Source: Candidatus Uhrbacteria bacterium (GTDB lineage Bacteria; Patescibacteriota; Patescibacteriia; UBA9934; GWF2-40-263). Taken from it: a stretch of 64,000 nucleotides of DNA. Made by a program: the position numbers and the translations under genes. The notes beneath the pieces are model-generated. The model saw nothing but the letters and a program-made list of their open reading frames with translations, did not search any database and was not told where the DNA came from. Positions within the stretch are counted from its first letter, which is position 1, and every line of letters starts with the position of its first letter. The DNA lies in the NCBI GenBank assembly GCA_023246355.1, contig JAHFIQ010000001.1, forward strand, positions 17,887 to 81,886, read 5' to 3'. Shown here piece after piece: positions 56,859-64,000 of the stretch.

Positions 56859-59351
56859 ATGCCTCAGGACATCGTCGACAAATTTTCTTCCCACTTGAAA
56901 AACGTCCTCACTCGAGCGCTGTGTTTGGTTGTGGAAACAGATCAGAAAGCCATCCACCCAGAACATCTCTTGTGGGCTATGGGAACACAAAAAGGCTGTA
57001 TCGGCGCAGAGATTCTAAAAAAATCTGGAGTGAAGCTCGTGGAGCTGAAAAAATTGGCCGGTGTGAGACAGGTCGTTCATCCACTGACAGCTGGCAGTGA
57101 TCTCTCCCTCCATCTTTCACAAGACGCCAAACGCATGGTGGAAAAAGCGGTACTCACGGCCAACATGTATGGCCACCGCTATGTAGGAACGGAACATTTG
57201 CTCTCGGGCATCCTTCAAATTGAAAGCCCGACCACACAACAATTTTTCCATGAGCAGAACACGGACATGAAAGAGCTGCGTTCACAACTCGCGATCGTTC
57301 TCAAAAGCACCTCCCGATTTCCAGATCTCACCGAAGCTCCCAAAGGCGGACAAGCAGTTGTGGCACAACCTGGCGCCCAGACAAAAGAGACAGGACAACC
57401 ACAAGAGAAAAAAATTTCCGCGGTGGAATATTTTAGTGTGGAACTCACCACAAAGGAAGCTCAGAAACGGATCGATCCGGTGATTGGTCGCGACAGGGAG
57501 ATAGAACGACTCATGGAAATTTTGTGCCGTCGCACAAAAAACAATCCTCTCCTGCAAGGTGAACCAGGCGTTGGCAAAACAGCGATCGTCGAGGGTCTTG
57601 CCAAAAAAATCACGCAAGGGGATGTCCCGCCCGTCCTGGCTCACAAACGCATTTTTGCTCTCGACATGGCGCTCGTGGTCGCTGGCACCATGTACCGAGG
57701 CGAATTCGAAGGACGACTCCGCCAAATCGTTGATGAAGTTAAACAAGACCCTGAGATGATTTTATTTATCGACGAAATTCACTCCATCGTCGGTGCGGGT
57801 TCTGCCTCAGGCTCTCTGGACGCGGCGAATATTTTGAAGCCGGCCCTTGCGCGCGGCGAAATTCGTTGCATCGGTGCCACCACGCCTGGAGAGTTCAAAA
57901 AATACATCGAAAGCGACAGTGCTCTGGAGAGACGATTCCAATCGGTCTATGTCGAAGAACCCAGCCGTGAAAAAACCATTGAGATCCTCGAAGGCGTGGC
58001 TCCCCACTTTGAACAGTTTCATCGTGTACGAATTTCTCACGAAGCCATTCGCGAGGCAGTGAATCTCTCCGAACGCTACATCCAAGATCGCCAGCTCCCA
58101 GACAAGGCGATTGATCTGATCGACGAAGCCGCTGCTGCCACGCGTGTCCGCGATACCCATCCCGCTCCGTTACAAAAAGAACGCGCCCTCTTTGATGCCC
58201 TCGACCAGGTCAAAGAACTCAAACGCCAGGCGGTCGTGGAAGAACGATTCTTCGAGGCCATGGAACTCAAAGCCCAGGAGGACCGCACCCAAGCCCATTT
58301 GGCCTCGTTGCGCATTGAAGAGGATACGTCTCCCATCCCTGTGATCACCGAGCAGGACATTGCTCGCGTTGTTTCACGTGCCACGGGTATTCCACTGGAT
58401 GGAATCTTGGAACAGGACTTGAGCGAGCTCATGCGCCTTGAAGATAAGATGCGTGCTTCCGTGCTTGGCCAAGACGAAGCGCTGAGCATCGTTGCTGGAG
58501 CCCTGCGACGAGCCAAAGCTGGCATGGCTCATCCCAAACGCCCGCTCGCATCGTTTTTGTTCTTGGGACCTTCCGGTGTCGGAAAAACAGAACTGGCCAA
58601 AACCGTTGCCGACCTGTTGTTCCACTCCAAAAATAATTTCATCAGACTGGACATGTCCGAGTACTCAGAAGCCTTCACGATGTCCAAACTCATCGGCGCC
58701 CCGGCTGGATACATCGGATACAAAGAAACATCAAACCTCACCGATCGTGTGAAGCAACGACCCTACTCCGTTGTGCTTTTTGATGAAATCGAAAAAGCCC
58801 ATCGCGATGTGCAGAACCTGCTTTTGCAAATCCTCGAGGAAGGTGAACTCGCCGACGCCACGGGTCGCACGGTCAATTTCAAAAATACGGTAATTATCTT
58901 AACCAGCAATGTCGGACTTGAGCGCTTTGAACAAGGCGAGATGGGATTCATGGGAAGCGATGGCGATCGCACCATCACCCTCAACGCTGATCTCCAAAAA
59001 GAACTCGCTGAGCGCTTTCGCCCGGAACTCTTAAATCGTCTGGACCACACTTGCGTGTTCAAACTTCTCACACCAGAGACACTCACAGCCATTGCCAACA
59101 AACAACTTGAGGAACTCGTGAGCCGCCTCAAAGAACAAGGCCTCACACTCACCATCCACGAGAGCGTCGCCGCCCACCTCGCCAAACAGGCCGATGCAAA
59201 ATCCGGCGCCCGCCAGTTGAGATCCCTCATCCAAAAAGACATTGAACACAAAATTGCGGAACAATTGAGCCAGAAACATCGACCTCGAGCGTTTAACATT
59301 AAACTCAAAAACAAAAACATCGTCGTCACAAAAAACTATGCCAACACGTGA
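56859..59351 (+). CDS. clpC: ATP-dependent Clp protease ATP-binding subunit ClpC-like (class I Clp/Hsp100)
   Basis: Clp_N repeats and two AAA+ modules ([15 protein letters not shown]; [12 protein letters not shown]), with a short M-domain. Confidence 0.85.
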   Translation: MPQDIVDKFSSHLKNVLTRALCLVVETDQKAIHPEHLLWAMGTQKGCIGAEILKKSGVKLVELKKLAGVRQVVHPLTAGSDLSLHLSQDAKRMVEKAVLTANMYGHRYVGTEHLLSGILQIESPTTQQFFHEQNTDMKELRSQLAIVLKSTSRFPDLTEAPKGGQAVVAQPGAQTKETGQPQEKKISAVEYFSVELTTKEAQKRIDPVIGRDREIERLMEILCRRTKNNPLLQGEPGVGKTAIVEGLAKKITQGDVPPVLAHKRIFALDMALVVAGTMYRGEFEGRLRQIVDEVKQDPEMILFIDEIHSIVGAGSASGSLDAANILKPALARGEIRCIGATTPGEFKKYIESDSALERRFQSVYVEEPSREKTIEILEGVAPHFEQFHRVRISHEAIREAVNLSERYIQDRQLPDKAIDLIDEAAAATRVRDTHPAPLQKERALFDALDQVKELKRQAVVEERFFEAMELKAQEDRTQAHLASLRIEEDTSPIPVITEQDIARVVSRATGIPLDGILEQDLSELMRLEDKMRASVLGQDEALSIVAGALRRAKAGMAHPKRPLASFLFLGPSGVGKTELAKTVADLLFHSKNNFIRLDMSEYSEAFTMSKLIGAPAGYIGYKETSNLTDRVKQRPYSVVLFDEIEKAHRDVQNLLLQILEEGELADATGRTVNFKNTVIILTSNVGLERFEQGEMGFMGSDGDRTITLNADLQKELAERFRPELLNRLDHTCVFKLLTPETLTAIANKQLEELVSRLKEQGLTLTIHESVAAHLAKQADAKSGARQLRSLIQKDIEHKIAEQLSQKHRPRAFNIKLKNKNIVVTKNYANT

Positions 59352-59508
59352 AGTCGACCAGCTCATCGATCAGCTCATACAACTTGGTGAGGACAAAGAA
59401 GAACTCAATTTTTATCGAGACATTTTTGACGATCTTGAGGAACCCGCACAAAAGGATATCCTCGACAATCTTAAACAAGAAATCAAAGATCTGCTCGCCG
59501 CGGCATAG
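59338..59508 (+). CDS. possible small acidic helical protein (56 aa) translationally coupled to the next gene
   Basis: ATG overlaps the clpC 3' end; its stop lies 2 nt before the ATG at 59511. Below the track threshold; coordinates may be off by 1. Confidence 0.3.
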   Translation: MPTREVDQLIDQLIQLGEDKEELNFYRDIFDDLEEPAQKDILDNLKQEIKDLLAAA

Positions 59509-59510
59509 CT

Positions 59511-61712
59511 ATGGGAAAGGAGGCACAGCAACAGGTCATGGATCAGGCTCAAGCAAGACGCCAGGAAACATTCATGGCGGGGCTTATTGCAGGCATGAAA
59601 AAAGACCCAAGCTCCAGAGGTGCTCTCATGGCACTGGGTCGAACAGGCATTGGTTCTGCGATCATCGACCTCACTCCGTTTTTGGGAGGCATCAAACAAA
59701 TCAACGAAAGCATTGACGGCGAACGAACCACTGGAGAAAAACTCAGTGGAAAAAAACGGATCATTCATGGTCTGGTAGGCGCAGGAAGCCTGGTATTGGA
59801 TTTCACAGGAATAGGAGAAGGGGTAGAACTGCTGAAAGTTGGTGGAAAATCTGTCGGGCTTGTGAAAGGCGTTGCTTCTAAACTCGCGGGTCGAGGTGCA
59901 ACCAAGTCTGCTGCGCTTTTTGAAAAATCAGCCGCCTTCATGGTGAAAAACCCTGAGCTCGTCGCGGCAGGAGAAAAAGCCGCACAGAATCACATCGATG
60001 ACGCCATCCGGTATACCAGCAAAGCTTCCAAAAGCGATGCGCGCAAAACACTCAAAGAGGAAGCTTCTAAACACCTACCACCAGAAATAGCTGGTGCTCT
60101 GATTGATGCAGGGGAAGCCAAACTCAGAGGATCTGTCTTCCCTTCTGGTGGCCAAACATCGCCCACAAGCAGTCCACTGAATTTGGAATCCGCGCGCAAA
60201 GCGGCATTGACAGCGAGACGTGTGCAAAGCTTTGCACAGCAGGCGCCTGCTGTATCCGCACAGACACTCTTTTCAGAATCCTCTCAAAATCAGATAAGCG
60301 TGAGCGCACAAAAACAAGAGGCACCGAGCGATCAAACGCAGACGACGGAGAGTGTGACAAAACAGGAGATCATGGAAAAAGCGCAGAGCGGGCGTGTCAA
60401 AACATTTCTGGCTGCCAGAGCAAAAGGCACAGTCATGTCAGTCGTGTCTGGTGGAACGTGGTTCATTGTAAAAAGAGTAGGTCAAAATAAGGTTGCCTCT
60501 GCCGTCATGGATCTCGTGCCATTTTTGGGAGGAATCAAACAACTAAGCGAAGCCGTCGATGGAAAGACAACCACAGGTGAAAAACTCGTCGGAAAAAAAA
60601 GGATCATTCATGGTCTTGTGGGCGTCGTGAGTTTCGGATTGGATTTCACGGGTGTTGGAGAGGTGGCCGAGGTGGTAAAAGGAGCTCGCATCGCCGGAAA
60701 ATCAACGGGATTCATGACGCGTTCAGCTGGGGTACTCAGTGCACGCGGCGCAACGAAGTCTGCGGCATTAGCAGAAAAATCTGCAGCTTTCATGGCACGC
60801 AATCCAGAGTTAGTCAAAGCGGCCGAAAACGTTGCTGAAAAACACCTAGACGATGGAATCAAGTATGTTCGTACTGCTTCCAAAAGTGATGCGCGTAAGA
60901 CCCTCAAAGAGGAAGCTTCCAAGTTCATGCCTCCGGCCGTTGCCGAAATCATCGTTCAAGCAGGTGAAGCAAAAATGAGAGGGGCTCCCATTCCTTCTAT
61001 CTCTGATTCCGCTCGCAAGGCCGCACTCAGTGCCGCAAGAGGATCCAAACCTTTACAGATGCCCGCCCATCAGCAACTTCGCATTCCACCAACTCCACGT
61101 GCACGTGACGAAGAGGAAGAGGAACAAGAAGCGCAAGAACAGGAACAGGCAGTGCTCTACGAGCAGGCACTTCTGAGCCACCTGATCCAATCTAAACGCA
61201 GCAAAGAGACAGAAGATGATGAAGAAGAGAAAAAAACGCTCGCACAAAAAGGCAAACGTGCTGCCGTGCGGTATGTCTTTAAACAGGCGATGCGACGCGG
61301 ATTTATTTTTCTGCTTGACTTTATCGCTGCAGCGTGCGACCTCTCGAGTGCGGGCATATCGTTTGTCATCGACATCTTCATCTACGCCTTCACGCTCGGT
61401 TACTTGAACCTAGAAATGATCTATGGAAGATGGATCGCGAAAGGCAAAAGTAAAATTATCTCTCCGACTTCCTGGTTTCCGATTCCCATGGTCGTTGATC
61501 CAGAGGCGATTATTCTACAAAGTTTCATCATAAGCATGGATATTGCTTTAGGAGTCGCTGTGGTCGTCATGGGAGCTGGTGGCATGTGCATCTTGCATGA
61601 TTACGTGACGCTTGTCTCAGATCCGGTAGCCGTAGGGACAGCCTTGGCGTCTGGCAACGTCGGAGATATGTGCTTGGGTGGTATAATGTCACTAGTCATC
61701 AATGGCATATGA
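59511..61712 (+). CDS. large hypothetical protein (733 aa) with an internal ~190-aa tandem duplication and a C-terminal multi-TM region
   Basis: Repeat 1 (~res 35-225) and repeat 2 (~res 305-500) share ...DLxPFLGGIKQ...TTGEKLxGKKRIIHGLVG...RGATKSAAL.EKSAAFM..NPELV...SKSDARKTLKEEASK.... Confidence 0.6.
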   Translation: MGKEAQQQVMDQAQARRQETFMAGLIAGMKKDPSSRGALMALGRTGIGSAIIDLTPFLGGIKQINESIDGERTTGEKLSGKKRIIHGLVGAGSLVLDFTGIGEGVELLKVGGKSVGLVKGVASKLAGRGATKSAALFEKSAAFMVKNPELVAAGEKAAQNHIDDAIRYTSKASKSDARKTLKEEASKHLPPEIAGALIDAGEAKLRGSVFPSGGQTSPTSSPLNLESARKAALTARRVQSFAQQAPAVSAQTLFSESSQNQISVSAQKQEAPSDQTQTTESVTKQEIMEKAQSGRVKTFLAARAKGTVMSVVSGGTWFIVKRVGQNKVASAVMDLVPFLGGIKQLSEAVDGKTTTGEKLVGKKRIIHGLVGVVSFGLDFTGVGEVAEVVKGARIAGKSTGFMTRSAGVLSARGATKSAALAEKSAAFMARNPELVKAAENVAEKHLDDGIKYVRTASKSDARKTLKEEASKFMPPAVAEIIVQAGEAKMRGAPIPSISDSARKAALSAARGSKPLQMPAHQQLRIPPTPRARDEEEEEQEAQEQEQAVLYEQALLSHLIQSKRSKETEDDEEEKKTLAQKGKRAAVRYVFKQAMRRGFIFLLDFIAAACDLSSAGISFVIDIFIYAFTLGYLNLEMIYGRWIAKGKSKIISPTSWFPIPMVVDPEAIILQSFIISMDIALGVAVVVMGAGGMCILHDYVTLVSDPVAVGTALASGNVGDMCLGGIMSLVINGI

Positions 61713-62926
61713 GTGAGCGCACAAAAAAACTTCTGCTGGTTGGAGGATTTATTCTGTCCGTTTTTCTCATTGCCTTCGTTCTCTATAAACTTTTTTTCAA
61801 AGGAATCGTGCCTGAAGCAAGCGTTGAACCGACCGTAGAAGCTCCTGGTGAACTTCCGACCTCAGGCGAAGGCGCTCCGGGTGTGACCACAGAAGAACCA
61901 ACCGGAACAACAGGACTCCAAGAAGCCGACGAGGTCGCCCATGGCGGACTGACCCAGACCGTGGAACTCACGACCGGCGCTGTCTACAACGCGGTGTTGA
62001 GTGGTGATGGATCAAGCATCAACTACTACAATGCCAGCGACGGACGTTTTTATACCATCAACGCCGATGGCGAAGTCGTCGCACTTTCTGACAAACAATT
62101 TCCCGAAGCCGAAAACGTCGAATGGAACAAGGATTCTGAAAAGGCCTTAATCGAATTTCCAGACGGAAGCAACATCATCTATGACTTCAGTGCGGAAAAA
62201 CAAGTCACCCTTCCCAATCACTGGGAGGACTTTGATTTCTCCCCGACGTCGGACGAAATCATTGGCAAAAGCGTGGCTCTGGATGAAAGCAATCGCTTCT
62301 TGGTGATTGCCAGCGACGACGGTTCCCAAGTCCAGGCGATTGCCGAGCTTGGAGAAAATGAAGATAAGGTCGACATCAACTGGTCGCCAAACGACCAAGT
62401 GGTTGCCTTTGCCAACACGGCTAGCTCAAGCTCCAGCGGAGTGGATCGCCACGTCATCTATCCTGTTGGCAAAAACCAAGAAAACTACAAAGGCTTAGTT
62501 GTCGAAGGTCTCAACTTTGATTCCCTCTGGTCCCCCAACGGGAAACAACTCCTCTACTCAGTGGCGGGCGACTATAGCGACAACAAGCCACTCCTATGGA
62601 TCGTCGATGCCACCGCTTCCACGATGGGAGACAACCGATCGAGTCTTGGACTCAATACCTGGGTGGATAAATGCTCCTGGTCTTCTGCCTCGACGGTCTA
62701 CTGTGCTGTGCCCATTGACCTGCCAGCAAACGCTGGTCTGCAGCGTTCCTTGTATCAGGATCTCCCCGACGCGTTGTACAAACTTGACCTCACCAGCAAC
62801 TCGGCTCGACTCATTGCCATTCCTGAGGAGGAGACATCCATGAGCGACCTTTGGGTGTCTGATGATGAATCGATGCTGTATTTCACCAACACAAGCGGAC
62901 AGTTGGAACTTCTCAAATTAAAATAG
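61709..62926 (+). CDS. membrane-anchored beta-propeller protein (TolB/PD40-like repeats)
   Basis: Start set at MSERTKKLLLVGGFILSVFLIAF (ATGA overlap with the upstream stop); WSPNG/NWSPND repeats. Confidence 0.55.
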   Translation: MSERTKKLLLVGGFILSVFLIAFVLYKLFFKGIVPEASVEPTVEAPGELPTSGEGAPGVTTEEPTGTTGLQEADEVAHGGLTQTVELTTGAVYNAVLSGDGSSINYYNASDGRFYTINADGEVVALSDKQFPEAENVEWNKDSEKALIEFPDGSNIIYDFSAEKQVTLPNHWEDFDFSPTSDEIIGKSVALDESNRFLVIASDDGSQVQAIAELGENEDKVDINWSPNDQVVAFANTASSSSSGVDRHVIYPVGKNQENYKGLVVEGLNFDSLWSPNGKQLLYSVAGDYSDNKPLLWIVDATASTMGDNRSSLGLNTWVDKCSWSSASTVYCAVPIDLPANAGLQRSLYQDLPDALYKLDLTSNSARLIAIPEEETSMSDLWVSDDESMLYFTNTSGQLELLKLK

Positions 62927-62927
62927 G

Positions 62928-63033
62928 TTCTTCTTCAAAAGTTATTTTTTTGTCGAAAGGGCTGGCGAGCCCCACAGAATGTTTGTGTGGGGTCGGACAG
63001 ACCTGAGACGAAAAAATAACTTTTGAAGAAGAA
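62928..63033. repeat. palindromic intergenic element copy 3 (27-bp near-perfect arms + conserved core)
   Basis: Arms TTCTTCTTCAAAAGTTATTTTTTTGTC / GACGAAAAAATAACTTTTGAAGAAGAA. Core GGCTGGCGAGCCCCACAGAATGTTTGTGTGGGGTCGGACAGACCTGA. Fills the spacer 62927-63041. Confidence 0.8.
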
Positions 63034-63041
63034 CCCATCGT

Positions 63042-63692
63042 ATGTCCCATCGCTGGCTTACATTTTTATCGATCACGGTTCTAGGAATCATTGTCTTTAT
63101 TTTTTTTGGACTTCGCCTTCGACCGATTGAAATCCCAAGAATCGAAACAACGGCTGTGGTTGGTTCCCAAACCGAACCGACCGTCACCTTTGTGAATCCC
63201 TCCAAGGGAGCCAAAGACGCAGCCGTGACCCTGGTGGTCTTTTCTGACTTTCAGTGCGATGCGTGCGCCTCACTCGCTGACTCACTAGACGTCATCCTAA
63301 AAACCTATCCCGATGACGTACGACTCGTTTGGAAAAACCTCCCCAATGAATCTCTCCATCCCCTGGCCACCCCTGCTGCCATTGCGGCACACTGCGCCGC
63401 AGAGCAAGGGAAATTTTGGGAATATCACGATGAACTTTTTCAGAAACAGGCCTACCTCTCAGAATCCATCTTCACCCAAATCGCCAGCTCGATAGGACTG
63501 GATGTCGAGAGCTTTCAGTCGTGTTATGACCAGCGTGACACGCTTCCGATCGTCACAAAAGACTATGAAGAAGGCTTAGCGCTGGGTCTTACCTCCACTC
63601 CTTCCCTCTACATTGGGAATCAGCTCCTGATCGGTGCTCTGGATGTCCAGGAACTCCTCTCGGTTGTTGAAGAGCAGCTGAGCGCACCGTAG
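63042..63692 (+). CDS. DsbA-family thiol:disulfide oxidoreductase
   Basis: N-terminal TM helix; thioredoxin fold with CDAC active site (FSDFQCDAC). Confidence 0.7.
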   Translation: MSHRWLTFLSITVLGIIVFIFFGLRLRPIEIPRIETTAVVGSQTEPTVTFVNPSKGAKDAAVTLVVFSDFQCDACASLADSLDVILKTYPDDVRLVWKNLPNESLHPLATPAAIAAHCAAEQGKFWEYHDELFQKQAYLSESIFTQIASSIGLDVESFQSCYDQRDTLPIVTKDYEEGLALGLTSTPSLYIGNQLLIGALDVQELLSVVEEQLSAP

Positions 63693-63694
63693 CT

Positions 63695-64000
63695 ATGACG
63701 CGTCGACTTCCCATCCTGCTGTTGACTCTGCTCTGGCTCGGCTTTTTTTGTTTGACGAGTCCTGCCTTGGCACAGGATTCGACCTCAACAAACGATCTTG
63801 TTCCTAATCTGAGCATCGACATTCCTGGCGTGTCGTTTTCCAGTATCCTCTCAGAAGGCGGGGTGCTGCAAATCAACTTTCTGCAAGACTACATCGCTGG
63901 CGTCTACAAATTTCTGCTTGGCATCGGCACACTCATTACGATTGTCATGATCATGATCGGCGGGCTGCAATACACCCTGGCGGCAGGAACAGGAGACGTG
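63695..64000 (+). CDS. hypothetical secreted/membrane protein (partial; continues beyond the window)
   Basis: Signal peptide ...SPALAQ and a downstream TM helix; the ORF runs off the window end. Confidence 0.45.
   Translation, partial: MTRRLPILLLTLLWLGFFCLTSPALAQDSTSTNDLVPNLSIDIPGVSFSSILSEGGVLQINFLQDYIAGVYKFLLGIGTLITIVMIMIGGLQYTLAAGTGDV

Overview
Bacterial chromosomal window of about 50% GC on a mostly housekeeping backbone, possibly from a small-genome (Patescibacteria/CPR-like) lineage, though that is a weak inference. Recognisable operons are gap-pgk-eno, rpsB-tsf, rpmE-prfA, secE-nusG-rplK-rplA, thyA-folA, miaB-miaA, pheS-pheT, rseP and tyrS, plus gyrB, dnaE, thrS, gatB and clpC. Many hypothetical membrane or secreted proteins are interspersed among them. 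No rRNA, tRNA or canonical CRISPR array was found. Several regions stand out from this backbone. (1) A ~1.9 kb stretch (18.3-20.2 kb) with no credible ORF, filled with ~25 copies of a short GACGA-centred motif, often as GUC-GAAA-GAC mini-hairpins, plus longer diverged repeats. (2) Directly downstream, a 65%-GC foreign island encoding a ~547-aa TnpB/Cas12-like protein (RuvC-like motifs plus a CxxC..CxxC zinc ribbon) broken by a +1 frameshift at a C4 tract. It is flanked by ACGACCC hairpins that look like IS200/IS605 (IS1341-type) ends. (3) A three-member family of intergenic palindromic elements: a conserved ~48-nt core inside copy-specific perfect 18-28 bp inverted repeats, each exactly filling an intra-operon spacer. 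(4) A winged-HTH/Cas2-like fusion gene bracketed by 27-nt direct repeats that each contain an 18-nt palindrome. (5) 9-nt-periodic TCCACCT micro-arrays directly upstream of at least four start codons, with one array inserted in-frame in folA. (6) A 730-bp ORF-free gap splitting the usual prfA-prmC pair. (7) A second GC-rich gene with its own canonical sigma70 promoter and SD, whereas several native genes look near-leaderless. By hand-indexing, coordinates in 57-61.7 kb and near 63.7 kb disagree by 1 nt with the ORF track. Track-derived coordinates are used wherever possible; hand-indexed features are accurate to about 2 nt.
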